Positions 11,058 through 24,742 of a stretch of DNA of 64,000 nt are shown here, in pieces (position 1 is the stretch's first letter; every line of letters starts with the position of its first letter). The notes under the pieces are model-generated. The model worked only from the letters and a program-made list of their open reading frames with translations, searched no databases and was not told where the DNA came from. This stretch comes from Fimicolochytrium jonesii (taxonomy: Eukaryota), in assembly GCF_025526975.1 (NCBI RefSeq), contig NW_026515671.1:620001-684000 (forward strand), written 5' to 3'. A program made the translations under genes and the position numbers.

Positions 11058-14000
11058 ATGGAAGCTGTCGTGATAGCGAGTGGAGAAGCTGCTGGGGCCG
11101 ACCCTCCCATTTCTTTACCAGCTTTACCGAAAGCCAGGCCGACAAGCAGGAAAGCAAAGGTCGCTCGAAACGTGGCCACTGACCTTGGCGACGTGTGGGA
11201 CGTTCCCTCCGTGGAGGGCGGAACTACCTTAGTAGAGGAGGGTCCTTCCACGAAGAAGAGAGTAACGAGAGCCAAAGCTGCTCCCAAACCGAAGAAGGCC
11301 CCAGCCAAACCCCGTGTGACGAAGCGTAAGGTCGTCGAACCGCCCGTCGATCCCGAGGTGGAGGTGGATAAAGCGTCGTTACCCGTAGAGCTCCTTGCGC
11401 CCACGCATGCGATCGAGGTTAAAGATGACGACCAGGGACCAAAACCGGTGGAAGCGGGACCGAGGGAGAATAGCATACAAATCGAACGACCCACACGTTC
11501 GCGCGTTGTTGCAAAGGTTCCGAAGAGCACCAGCGATGAATTTCTTCTCAACGACGAATCTCGCATCAAAACTGCTGTAGGCAACGGCCATGTGATCAGC
11601 GTCATGCATGAGACAGGAGAACGCTCGACAGAACAGCAGTCTGATGCCGATGATTCTGTACAGATCACATCGGAAGCTGCGTCACGCGGGACAAAATCGA
11701 TGCTTTCAAATCACTCCACTCTGGTCACCTGGCCTCAATCCACCGAACGAACATCCGTCTCTTCCGTGCCAGGCGCAAAATTGGAGATACCGCATGACTC
11801 AAGGGAAGGGGAATATGGGGAGACAACCACTGCGCCGAGTAAACGAGTCTCGAGGGCACCCAGTGCTCAAAGCTCCACTCGCACCAGAGCACCGAAACGG
11901 CTCAAAGTAAAGGAGAAGGCGGAGCAGGTCGCCCCCAAGCCACCGAAAAAGGCGCCTGTAAAGCGAAAAGTTGCTCCACAACTAGGAGATCTGGTCTTTA
12001 CGTTTTCAAGGTGTGAGGGGATCAGAAGAAGAAAAAAGAAAGAGCCATTTCAGTCAACGGTACTTGATGCGGGCCGTGCGAAGGAGCTGGTGGAACGAAA
12101 GTTGCCCAAAGTGCTGGTCTTCGGACAACACTTACACCAGACTAGGAGCTGGGACGGGTCTTGCCAGATGGACGAAGATATTCCACGGGCCGCTCCCTTG
12201 ATGAGGGCAGAAGGAAATGCGTTGTCTTTGTGGAATCTCGCCTCTACAAACTGGGATATCTCCGCGTTTCCTCCTGCACATCTGCTGCTCGATTGTACCT
12301 TTGGTCTGCAAGTAGGGTCCCAATCTTCGGCGCCTTTTCGTTACGAGAGAGCCTAACCAACGAATGCTTCCTTTATTGTGCCGCAGAATTCACAGGACGC
12401 ACCGTCTCCATCGCCTGGCGACCCCCCAACGCAGCAGGAGCGAAAGCTCGCGAAGGAGACAGAGGGTCGGATTCTGACCATTATGGCAGTTTACGATAGT
12501 GAGGCGCGGACCAAGGAAAAAGAGCTCGAAGAGGAGATTGCCCGCTTGAAGCGCACACATTCCAATTGGGTGAGTAGGCGCTTTGTTCAAACCTAATAGT
12601 CCTATTCCTGCGTAACACGAATTGCTGAACCCGGCAACCTCGTAGAAGCGCACCCACCTTGCTAATCGCAATATGGAGATTGAACAAGTGAAGAAACATG
12701 CAGCAAAGGAAGCTCATCGAATCCGGCCCCCTGTAGGTACTACTGCGGTTGCAGTGCCTTCTTTGCGTCCTGAGCCGATTGAGTCGTCACATCTCGACAC
12801 GAAACCGACAGAAAGCGAGCAACAACCCGATGTGAAGAAGAAATCTTTCGCAACTGTGCTACCTGAGGATGATGTCGGGCATCCGGTGGGGAGCAACCTC
12901 GAGCTTACGGTGACAGATGACCTTGAGGAGGTTGCTGAGCCCGCGCTAGCTTCGCGGGTTCCCGAGGAAGAGGCTGCGGGTGAGATAATGCACAATTTGG
13001 AGCAATCACAAGCTCCGCCGCGTGCCGAAGCAGTCGCGGCAACGCCACCTCCATCTTCTCCCACTTTCACCAGCACACCGGTGGAACGAGGGGTATCGAC
13101 TAGCCCGGAGTTGTTCGAGCCTCCTTCGCGTTCTCGAATGAATCGGAAGGGATCAGGACATGGGCAGTGTTCACCTATTGGCTCTTGTCCTTCACCCATT
13201 CTCACATATGCGCTGGACGAAGCAGATCACACTCCCGAACTACCGGACGATGTTTACCACACTTCGCTCGTTTCCGATGATGAGGCCGGTGGTGTTCTAG
13301 ACCATGTTGCTATCCCAAACATTGTGCCCCAGAAGGATCTGTCGGTTGCGAAGCCTTCGGCTCCGTCAAGCCGCGTTTGCCTGGACTCTGATGATCGTGA
13401 AATTCTGGCCGTACTGCAAAATCACGTCTCGCGCATCACTTCCCAGAAAGATCTCAAAGATGCACCCTCTTCGCCGCATTCAACCCGTTCGAATAGGCCC
13501 TTCAGCAAAGCATCGCAAGTGATCGTCATAGATGATTCTGAGGATGATGGATTCGAGACAGTAATGCCCGACATTGGAGAGCCGGCTAGGTCGGCCTACA
13601 TCGAGCGCTTGCCGTCATCTCGGTTTGGCGTAAAGGATCAGACGGTTTTCGTAGTCGAGGATGCTGAAGAACCAAATCCAAGTCCGAGTTTCTTCGATGA
13701 GGACCGTGGAATGATCTACTATGAACGCTCGACGCACATGGAAGAGCAGGTCTTCCGATCTTATTCGCCTGAAGTCGAGATAACGGCAGTGACTCCTCCC
13801 AGAGCGATTTCCACGACAAGGCAAGAGGTCGTGATGGCGGACGGTGCGAGCGGCCTATCTGTTCAGAAGCGACAAGCTCCCCTACTTCCCGCGCCGATGA
13901 CTGCGTCGCATACTATCGCAGAACCCATTGCATCCGCAACAGGGAGCATGTCAGGGCCTTCTTCAATCGTCAACAGCGCCGCAGACAACGACTCAAATGA

Positions 14001-14399
14001 AAGCATTGACATCAATGAACGACTATACATGTTCATTCGCAACCAGACACAGTTGTACAGTCGTATTTTGCGATACGAGGTACGCGGCTGATGCAAAGAA
14101 GTCTTGCCTACAAAAATACGCACTCACTCATCTCTTTGATTGTAGCCCCTGGATTTTGATGCGTTGTACACCCAGATTACACAATGCGAGAGTCTCGCCA
14201 GATGCTCCCGGAAGGCGCTCGGGGCGTTTTTGGATAGTAAGGTACGAGCTCGGGCTAATGTACTATCATGAAGCGTGAGATTTCGGTTGAATGGCTGACT
14301 GTTATACACCAAAAACCCGATACGCAATAGGCCATCAACTATGTCCTCCCTACAAAACCTGCAAAGCCCGGACAGAACAACCGCCGCCGATGGAAATGA
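11058..14399 (+). CDS. SLX4: Structure-specific endonuclease scaffold Slx4
   Basis: The spliced C-terminus LYMFIRNQTQLYSRILRYE|PLDFDALYTQI...SRKALGAFLDSK|AINYV matches the Slx1-binding C-terminal domain of Slx4. SLWNLAS resembles the MLR motif. The body is long, disordered and S/P/E-rich. Four GT-AG introns; TGA at 14397-14399. Confidence 0.75.
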
Positions 14400-14685
14400 A
14401 CCCGAACTTCTTTCTACATGGCGCATAAGCTTTACATCCGAGAAAGGCGTATGAAGTGCGGAGCCTGAAACCATGTTGTAGCTTACTTTTTTGGTTAATA
14501 CAGTTATCGGATATTCATGATTTGGTTTTGGAAACTAAGGAAGTTGATGAAATCTTCGGTATCTTTGGATATGTTCCCGGTCGCGATATATACATTGCAT
14601 ATTGTACGTACAAAGGGTATTCAACGAGACACGATGCGATACCGGGAAAGCGATGATAATGGGTGCAAACAGAAAAATGTACACC

Positions 14686-17596
14686 TTACGGCCCACGCGG
14701 ATCAAGAATATCCAAGCCGCTCATCTCGAAGAGAAGTTCTTCATCCTCGTCGCTGGGAACAAAGTCACCACGGGACGTGCGCCGGCGATGATGGGCGCGG
14801 TTGCCATACTGATCGCGGATCTGGGCCTGCCGACCTTGCTCTGGGTTGTGCCATGATTGTGGTGGATTGGGCCCCGGTTGGTTCGTTTGCTGTTGCGATA
14901 GGTTGTGCGGATTGCCACCCATCGGTTGGGTATTTCCGGGCTGTGTGTCGTTTCGATGATGCACCGGATCGCGGGATGTAGACGTATGGAAAGATAGATG
15001 CTCCTGCTGCGTCCAGCGTTCTGCCGAAGTCCGAGGTTGATTCGCGTCAACGTTGCGTGAGGGTGCCGAGCTGATCGAAGGCGGAACATATGCTACGCCT
15101 GAGGCTTCCGGTATCCCGGAAGGCTCCTCGGCTTTTTGGAAAGAATCACTGGGGGACTGGGGCACCGTGCTGAGTTCCTTCACCCGAGGGGAGCGATGGG
15201 ATCCGTGAGCGTGAGGAACGTGAGAATGGTGGGTGTGATGTTGCAAAACCCGTGTTTCATTGCATGTCTCCGACGAGTGGCCCTGCGAATCGTCCGAAGC
15301 CGCCATATGCGACAGAGACTCTGAGAAGGACGCATTCAGCTGATTGAGCTGATGATACCGCGCCAACGCTATCCTCGTTTTCGACAATCTGGATTGAGAG
15401 GCTTCGACCACCGGAAGGCTGCTGTTTTCGGCTTGGCTGGAACCCATTTCGCGATTTTCAAGCCTTTTCCGATTCATTTCGAGCGTCCGGAAGAAGTTGA
15501 GCAGTTCGCCGCTCTCCAACTCTCGACCTGGCTCGGGCCCAGTCCCAGGGTCCGGTCCTCCCAGGGACGGGTTCTCTAGCCCCTGCATTGGGGATCTGCC
15601 CGCTGTGGAAGTGCTTGGCGTAAACAAGAGAATGGAGTCTGGTGGCATCACTTCGTGAGCGTCGCCAGTTACGAAGGTGAGAGAGGGACGCCGTGAGACG
15701 TTACCCGTGGACGATGCCGATCCGGGATGGTCAACTCTCATGACCGCTTGGGAGGTCGTTTGCGCGGGAGGTTGCGACGCAAATGGGGCGGAGTCCATCG
15801 GTGGTAGAGCTGACGTGAAGAGCCTTTGATCTCCACTAGCTTGCCGCGTTGTAGAGAAAGGCGGTGGATCACGCCGCCAGACGTCGGACTCCTGCTTGTG
15901 TAGAGAGAACCCCGTCGAAGGCGGCGTGAATGTAGGAGCGACCGGTTTGATCGCTGGAGATTGTTGCCAGGAATATCTCCTATCGCCGGTTTGCGGGTTA
16001 GTCGATGATCGTCGAGATGAAGGTGATGCAATGATGCCAGAGTACATGTGGGCTGCTCCCGGTGATGAAGTGTTCGAGGTGATGGAGTTCGCGCGATAAG
16101 CTCGGGGTGGCAAAGAGGCGGGCGGTATGTTGACAGGAGAATGTCGATTCCCACTGCTATCATGGCTTTGCAACGATGTTTGCGACCCAAATCTGGTAAG
16201 CCGCCGAGGAACAGAGCCCGCCACAGCTGGGTTTGTGAATACATCCTCGCCCTCGTAAAAGAAGCCTTTCCTGCTCGAGGAGGAACTGCTCCGCCGCGGT
16301 TGCGGAATTAACGGATCTGTCCCCGTTTCCTGTATTCCAGACTGCGACCTAGGAGAGAAGTAGTTCTCATCTAGATCAGTTCCCCGCGAGCTAAGGATAG
16401 TACTTTTCGCGTCCTCAACCGAAAAGTCGCACTCCAGCCGATAATTGACGTGTAAACTGAAAACTCTGTATGGACGTGTGAGTATTGAGATGAAGGATTG
16501 AACTCCGAGAACAGCGTCCACGTACCCAAAAGGAGTGTCGATGGACCCAAAGTCAAACTCTTCAATCCCACGGCGCATGTCTCCGCTACTATGCAATTGA
16601 TCCAATCCTGCCTCATCAAGAGGCATCATCCGCGAGGTGGACAGACGATATCCGATTCGCAGGTTGGTCTGCTTGCGCCGAAATCTTCGGTACAAACGAT
16701 AGGCGGGAAGAAGCCGTATATAGCTGTACAAAGATCTGAAAAATGCGACGGACTTTTTGTAAACCAGAGGAAGTTCTGGGGGTTGCGATGAAGCAGCTTG
16801 ACTGCTCGAAAGGGATAGTGTTAGTCTCGGGACCTGAGATGTGCTAAATCAAAACTCAGACGCAATGCTTACGACAAGGTGAGCTGCCAAGACTCCAGAA
16901 GTATCGTATTGACTCTCAGATCAGCGCCAGATTGGGCATCGACTGTCACCAGATTCTCCGCTCCGATACGTTGACGCCGCATCGTCATTTCATCGCGCAA
17001 AAGGAGGGTCTGATCTGGTGTTCCCGAGGAGATGTCGAGATAGACATCGAGGAGCATCGGTTGAGGTGCGGACACAGCATGAGCTCGCCAATACTTCAAA
17101 TCCTCCTTCAAAATGTCAATGTCGTACGTTTCGAGATTGAACTATGTCATGCGCGTGAGGTGGGATCCAATACGGGCGTTTGCCCAAGTTGAGGTTAAAC
17201 GCAAGACCAAAACCCACCTACCCACTTGTTTGGCTTCTTTCCGTGTGCGGACGCTGGCAAGCCGGTCGCACGGGCTTGCACAATGACTTGAGCGACCTTG
17301 GTATATACATTCTGTAGTATCTGTTCCGCGCGCTCAGACGGGTTTATGCTTGATGTCGTACTAGCCGCCGACCCTCGTCGACTAATGTTCGGGGGCGCAA
17401 TCCCGTAGGCCAGTTGACTATACGTCAGATTGGTCGCCGGCGAAGCCGGACGTATGTGTCCAGAGCCGGTGAGAGAGTGTGGATATGACGCAGCGCGGAA
17501 GAGTGGCGATGGCTGCGTCGGGGATGGACTCGCACGAGCAGGAGACAGATACTGCCGCCTATCTCCAGGTGGAGTGCCGCGTGGTGGAGTAGCCAT
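14686..17596 (-). CDS. ATG13: Autophagy protein Atg13 (N-terminal HORMA domain, disordered Ser-rich tail)
   Basis: EQILQNVYTKVAQVIVQAR, KPNKW|FNLE, LLDVYLD, ILLESWQLTL and LPLVYKKSVAFFRSLYSYIRLLPAYRL are HORMA signatures. The C-terminus carries DEDEELLFEMS. Confidence 0.9.
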
Positions 17597-18208
17597 CGAA
17601 TAAACCGCTTCTCGACAAGCAGCTTTCCCACGTCCCTGAAAGCAACTGCAACGCTAGCCAACGGAAGAGAGCAAATGTTCCGCCCGCCGATGGTTGCTGT
17701 GCACTATATAAGTGACTTTCTGTCTCGAACACCTAAGCTGTACAAGAGACTTGTCATCAAGGGGCGTGCATACGCTAGCTTTGTGGCGGGCGTATCAGAG
17801 TGGTATGAGTGTTTTTGCGATGAGACCTCCTCGGGGGATGGAGGTGGCTGGCGTGAAGGCAGAAGGACCGGCGACGAGAGCGATGACAACTTTGACAAGG
17901 CGATAAACCGGGCGTCCCCTCCGCGTCGCTTGACTCACCCCCAACTCCTAACTCGCCCCTCTCAAAAATGTGGGCTGGGAAAGCTGGGAAAGCTCCCTGG
18001 GAATTCCCTCACAGGACGACTCCATTTCGCAAACTGCTTGACAGAGGTACCAGATAGACGAGCACGTAACTTGGAGCGGACTTGCAACGAAGGAAAACGT
18101 CAACTTGCGTTCGGACTTGCGATATTACGTATATAGGGTGAGAACGCGGAGAACGCTTTGAACTTGTATTGGAGATCATCACCACTCAACAGACTTACAG
18201 CTTTAGCA

Positions 18209-21200
18209 ATGCCGACCATTATGGACCGCGGAAGAGACGAACCGGAGTCCAAAGATGCTAAAGGGTCCGAGATAGAGGAGCAAGGTACAGTCATGTCAAG
18301 GTAACTGGACTGCGGAGGCATTGCGAATATCAACCCAGGCGACATCACTCGAACGAAATATCTTTCATCAGACTCGCTGCACCTTCGTCCGAACCAAACT
18401 TCCAATGCGCCAACTTCCTCGACCCTGAGTGATACGAATGTTCTGTCCCAGCAGGCGCATGGGCTTGTAAAATCCGATGGGAGCTTCCTGGAGACCCCTG
18501 GTTCTCCCAATTCTGTTCGGAAACGGCGGAAGACGCAAGAAGATGCTGAACTGATTGGAAACGCAGCCGGCGACTCAATAGGAGCTGCCCCTGAAGGTAG
18601 GTTGGGCGATGTATGGGCGGGCCTTCTTCAAAATGGCAATGGGAAGCTGAACGCGTGCGGAACGTTCCGTGTTAGGTACAGATGCTAGGCCGAAGGACCG
18701 CTCGAACCGACGGTCGATATCGATAAACGACTTTCGCTCGGAATCTTTGACAAGCGAGGCATCTCTAAGATTGCAGCACGCTGAGGTGTCGGTGGATCTA
18801 CTTTCGCCAGAGTCATTATCTGTGATGGGCGTACGAGGCCCGACAGGGACAGTAACGGGAGCCCGTCGAGTATCGTTTCCACAAGGCTTCCTCAGCCGCG
18901 CCAGTATAACATCGCGTGGATCATTGTGCTCTTTGAAGAGCGGGGTTTCCTGTGTGCTGGAGCCGTCTGATGTCCTCACGTGGAATTCTGTCCAGCATCC
19001 ACCTCAAGGCATGAACGCCGCGGAATTTGAATCCCCGCGATCCAGTGCTGTCAACGTCGCTGCAACGCCAGCAGTCGCCCCCGTGGCGCAGGAGGAGCGG
19101 GTAGCTTCCGATGATGTAGGGGACTGTCCAGCCGAAGTCGATGAGTTGCAGGGACATTTGCAGCCAAACCTACAGGACAGCGTGTGGGCATACTTCAAAG
19201 GCGAGCTGTTTGGAGCAGATTTCGATGAGAGTCCCGACGTGAAAAAGGAAAGGATACAAAACTTTCTCTCGGTGCCAATGGAACTTGAGAAGGTAACAAT
19301 TAGGCGCTGGAGCTCCCATGCAACCAATCATGCCACTAATCTTCTTGCTCGGATGATGACAGTTCGTGCTGTTTGGATGTACTATCTGCTTCGATTCCTT
19401 TTTACACATCTTCACTATCCTCCCGCTGCGGATCATTGTCGCTTTCTGGGTTGGTTTCCGAAGTATTTTTTCAAGGTATGGTTGCGATTTTGCAAATGTC
19501 ACGATGTCGATGCATTCTCACTGTGTCGGGCTCTAGGCATATTCACATGAAGTCTGCTCAAAAATGTGACCTCATGAAGGCGGCTTTGATTGTCCTGTGC
19601 TCCTACATGCTTCAACGATATGACGCGTCGCGGATTTATCATTCTGTGCGCGGGCAAGCCCTCATAAAGCTTTATGTTATCTTCAATTCACTGGAGGTAA
19701 CACCGTACTTCGCCACTGGATTCTGAGGACGCCACTGACTAGATGACTTCTTCAATAGATCTGCGACAAATTGTGCAGCGCATTCGGTCACGACATTCTC
19801 GACTCACTCTTCTCCAAAGCAACTGTGAAATACACGCTAGCCAATCCCAATGGAGGCCAACGACAATTCGGAAGGGTTAAGCATTTCCTGGTCGCCCTCT
19901 GCTATGTGTTCGCTCACAGCTTAGTGTTGTTCTATCAAGTTATGACACTCAACGTGGCCATCAACTCGTACAACAATGCGCTGCTGACGTTACTGATAAG
20001 CAATCAGTTCGTGGAAATCAAGGGAAGCGTCTTTAAGAGATTCGAGAAAGAAAACCTATTTCAACTGAGCTGTGCTGGTGAGTTTTCTTTGGAAGCGGAA
20101 GCGATTGTGTGATTTCCTGCTCCTTGATTCTGACACGCGATATGATTTGCGCTGCAGATGTGGTGGAGCGATTTCAGCTATCGGTGTTCCTCGCTATAAT
20201 CACGCTGCGTAATCTGATTGAGCTTACCGGAGGCCTGAGCAATCTGGAATCGGCCGTTACTTCCTTCTACGATTTGTTCTCCACATCGATGTTTGCGCCT
20301 TCGACGATCTTCCAGCAGCCAAGTTTTGCTGCCATCCCGACAGCGTCCTCCGTGTTAGCTGCCTTTGCTCAAGTGTTTTCCTCTCCCACGTACAAGATCT
20401 TTGAGAGCCTTGCCACACCCGTGATCGTTGTGCTAGGCACCGAAGTGCTTGTGGACTGGCTGAAGCATGCTTTCATCTCGAAATTCAACTACATCAAGCC
20501 GAGCGTGTATGGAAGATTCAGAGATAGTTTGTGCAGAGACCTTGTGGGAATGCGGCCGACGAGTGGGTCGGACGGGAGGCGCGAATCCAAGACTGGGGTT
20601 TCCGGGGACGAGCATATGCACGCTCGAGATCCACAAATGGTATGCAGAATTGAAGTTATATGTGTTCATCGTTGCCACAAAAACTAATCCATTTCTCGGC
20701 GCATCACAGCAGTTTGTGGATCAATCGCCGGCTGTCGCTCGGCGAATAGGCTTCGTCTCGATCCCATTGGCGTGCTTGGTCATTCGCGTGACCTACCAGA
20801 CTCTGAATATGTTGATCTACCTTCGTTCGTCGGCAGAGCCGATGGGCGGGTCGGCATCTCAACCCACGATGATGGCAGTCCTTGTCAACCTGTACAGTGA
20901 ATGCGCCTATGCATGGACGGACGAGATGAAGCGATGGTCTTCGGAGGCTATGTTTACCGAGGACAGCTTACGGTTGCTGTACGCCGCAGGGAGCAGGGTC
21001 TGGCAGGTACTAGCGTCGAAAGGGTTGACGTTTTACACGGACTTTGTTTCAAAGTTCTTTGCAACATATGGACCGTCTCTGGCGATCGTTGGAGCGGTAT
21101 ACGTCTGGTATGGATGACAGTTTTTGGCAGATGATCGATCACGACTCGAAACTTAACAACCATTTGAATTTAGTTTGCTTCTGATGAAGATTGCAGTTGG

Positions 21201-21432
21201 CATGTCTATGCTGCGGATCGCGCGACAACGCACAATCTTTAGCGAGCGGGATGACTTGCGGTCCTCAACGACGGCCACCCCGGAAAAACACAGCATGCGC
21301 AAACGGTCGGTTATGGTTCAGAATGAGGCATCTACACCGCAAGCTCCGCACAAACATCCGGGGACGAGGCCACCCCCAGAAAAGCTGGACACTATCGATC
21401 GGTTTGAGATGGTGAAATCCCGCATAGTATAG
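18209..21432 (+). CDS. EMP65: TAPT1/Emp65 (DUF747) ER membrane protein, multi-exon
   Basis: KKERIQNFLSVPMELEK, LDSFLHIFTILPLR, DASRIYHSVRGQALIKLYVIFNSLE, TLNVAINSYNNALLTLLISNQFVEIKGSVFKRFEKENLFQ, EVLVDWLKHAFISKFN, VARRIGF, and C-terminal LDTIDRFEMVKSRIV. The start is ATG 18209 or 18221. Confidence 0.92.
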
Positions 21433-22130
21433 AGAACAGCTCTCTCTACGTAGCGTAGCATGGTCATCATTCAAGCACCCACGTCATGCAGTGGAGTGTG
21501 AATTGAGTGTGATTAACCTCCGGAAACGTGTGTTGCAGGGTCTACAATGTACCGACGTCCATCAGATTGGTAGGCTGCGATCCGGCGGTTCCCGTGGCGT
21601 CCCGACTGGCCTGGATCCTGGGTGGGTGGCACATGTGACATAAGTCGTCCCAGTTGCCGCATGGCCTCGCTCAAGAAGCTGTCATGATGATCATCCTCTA
21701 TCATCTCGAAAGGCACAGAAGAAGCCCCTGACGTGTTTCAAGCGGCCGCGAGCGTTCGGTTGAGGCTTTCCATATGTATGTACATTCCATGGGACGATAC
21801 ATAGCAGATCAAAACGGCCTCAGCAATACAACCCCGCCGCAGATATCCCCCACTTTTACACAAACAGAACAAAAAGGGAAAGGGAAGCTTCGCCAAGGAA
21901 CACTTGTCCCGCCCTGACCCATACGCCGTCGCCGCAAACAGGAAGAGGACACTGGCTAGCGAGGTCTTACGCAATTGAACGTGAGTGCATGGCGAGCCGA
22001 GGTGTGCACGATGAGTCCTTGGAACGAGGGTGCATCTGAGGTCAATTGCAGACGGCGTGGGCATATGCTAAACGTTCCCTTTCTTCCCACGACAGTATCG
22101 TTGTTGCATCTGCGGTTCTGTAGGCAAAGC

Positions 22131-24212
22131 ATGAGCGACTTTGCAAAATCTGCCCCGTCGTCCTTCCTCGGACATGGGTTGCCTCCATCCCTCACGGATG
22201 CCGATATCCAGGCTTCTACATTCACTTCCGTACCGGCAGGCTCTCACTTACAAGTGAGACTGCAACTGTTTCCTCACTCTGACCGGCCGGCTAGCCAGCC
22301 CGCTCCGGCGCCAGGTCGCAACGGCTACACTTCCTTCACTTTCTCGCCCGTCGAAAAGGACCTCGTTCCTGGAAGTATTGTACGGATCGGCCGCAAAGTT
22401 GACCGACACAATACGGTGGCGGGAAATGCGGACAGTTCCAGGCGAAGAGGGGAGCGTTCAGCGAACGTCGCAAACGGGGTCGAGGAGATGGAGTTCAACA
22501 TCAACGATGCGCCTCTCGCTTACTTTCTCAACGAGAATGGCGCTGGCGCTTCCGCTGAGAAGCCCAAGGATGCCGAGGATGAACGTGCCAAGAGGAAAGA
22601 AACCAAGCGGAAGTCGCGAGCGGCAAGGGAAAGTTCCGTTCCACCGCCATCGACGACTAGCGCAACTCGACCTCAAATGATCAAGCGGACAGCCGATTTC
22701 GTCGCATTTCGCTCCAAAGTGGTTTCAAGGACGCATGCAGAAATGTGGGTGGGACGCGAAGGACAAGTCTTGTAAGTGGTTTCTTCTACTGTTCGAGCGT
22801 TATCTCCTCTTCGAGTTCGTCTCTAAGATGCATTGCTTTTAGCTTCCGTGATGTGGGATCGTCATCTGGGTCGTTTTTGAACCGTCTGCGATTGTCGCAG
22901 AGCGGAAAGGAATCTGCACCTCATATTCTGAAGAGTGGCGATGTGATCCAGCTCGGAGTCGACTATCAAGGGCGAACGGAGGAGATCTACAAATGCGTCA
23001 TGTTCAAGATCTTCATTACTGTGAAGATGGGTGTCACAAAGACCTACAATCCTATGAAGTGAGTCTCATCTTCATTCCCAAATTGTGAGACTCCATCGAA
23101 TGGTCGCTGATACTTCACTTTCTTACAGATTGAAGTCCGCCATCGAGGGGCTCATCACCGCTATGAACCCGTCGGCCACGTCCGCAGATGTCCCCACTTC
23201 GGACTGCTGTATCTGTCTCAACGGCCTATCCCCGTTCCAATCCCTCTTCCTCGCACCGTGCTCGCACTGCTTCCATTACAAATGCGTCACGCCGCTGCTA
23301 GGCACCGGGGCAATGTTCCTCTGCCCTATGTGCAGACAAGTCACTAACCTCGACGCGGACATTGGCGAAGACGAAAACGCCTGGTTGGATGGCCGCAGCG
23401 CCGCGACCCCCGGTTCTTTACTGGGCGTCGAGGAAATCAAAGGGAGCGGCGCAAGCATCAAGAGCTTCAAGAAGGAGGATGTCGACAAGAACGTGAAGGC
23501 GATCCTGGAAGAAGCCTCGCGTCCTGTAGCGAGAGTTACCGCAAACGATCTCGACGCAATGATACCCGATGAACAAGTTGATCGTTTCATGAGTGCTACG
23601 ACGCCTCTCCTTACACCTGGAGCGGACACGGAACCAGCAAGAGACTCTTACTTCCCGTCAGCCGGCCCCTCTGAGCCTCCCGCCCTAGTTCCATTGGCCA
23701 TCGCTGATGCTGGTCCAATTCAAGGATCCACCGACAGCATTGCCATTCCCAACGGCGTTTCACAAAGTCCCAGCGGGTCCCCGGGCGCATATCCGGGGCC
23801 ATCCGGGTTGGCATCACCAAGAGAGTCGTGGAATGTCACCTTGGTCCGACCATCGCGTAAGACCGCGGTGGCTGCAGATAGACATTTCAGCCGACTGGAC
23901 GATGAATCGCCCACCCTGCAACGTCACACAACCCAAGTCAACCGCAAGCTGGGCCCGAGTTCTTCCCGCCTTGCAGCAGCCAACCACTCGCGAGGCTCGA
24001 GTCACGAAAACCTTCCCGTTGAGAGTTGCAGCAACCCCATCAGCGCCAGCACTAGCGCTAGTTCTCTGAACGAAGAGGACGAGAATGCGCGATTGCGCAG
24101 GATCATCGCGGAGATGTCGGGCCAACTCCCGCCGTCTCAACGCGAGGAGGTGTTGAGAGAAGCTGGCCTCACTTCTTCGTCGTCGAACGGAAAATCGAAG
24201 AAAAGAGTTTGA
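22131..24212 (+). CDS. DMA1: FHA + RING-H2 E3 ubiquitin ligase (Dma1/Dma2 family)
   Basis: FHA motifs VRIGR, FRSKVVSRTHAE, RDVGSSSGSFLN and GDVIQLGVDYQG. RING motif CCICL...LFLAPCSHCFHYKC...FLCPMCR. Two coding introns plus a probable 5'UTR intron at 21981-22095. Confidence 0.9.
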
Positions 24213-24742
24213 ATTCCACGCCGCCACACGTCCATACTTCTCCGTCGTCTCTCCTTCTGTCTCATGTCCGAAATCAAGATCCCGACCAAGCGGTATCATT
24301 CACCTATCCAACCAAGGCGCTCTCGCAGCGTATACACATTACTAGACGGAAGTCGGATGCCGGCCATCCGACGGCGGCAGCCACCCTGGGCTAGAACAAC
24401 CACATTGAACCGAATTTAGAACTGGGCGCTACATCTTCCCACCTCCCATTATTCCCTCCCCTTCGGAAATCGCTGTAAATAGAATCACGAAGGTTCAGAT
24501 ACTCATTACTGCTCCATGTTAAATGTTTTGCGATTGCTGTCACCATTGAGTTTGTAATCCCATTCTCTGCATTTCCGCCGTTCTATGGAATCCCTTCCAG
24601 CGTCACAGTTGCTCTACTGCAAAGATGCTAATCTATGAAGCGGATGTTCTCTAAAATGAAATATGCCAGTCCTCGTACTAGTCTCTCTGACTCACGAAAT
24701 AAGTGCATAAGGCATGGACCTGCCGGTGGATGCCGACACCAT

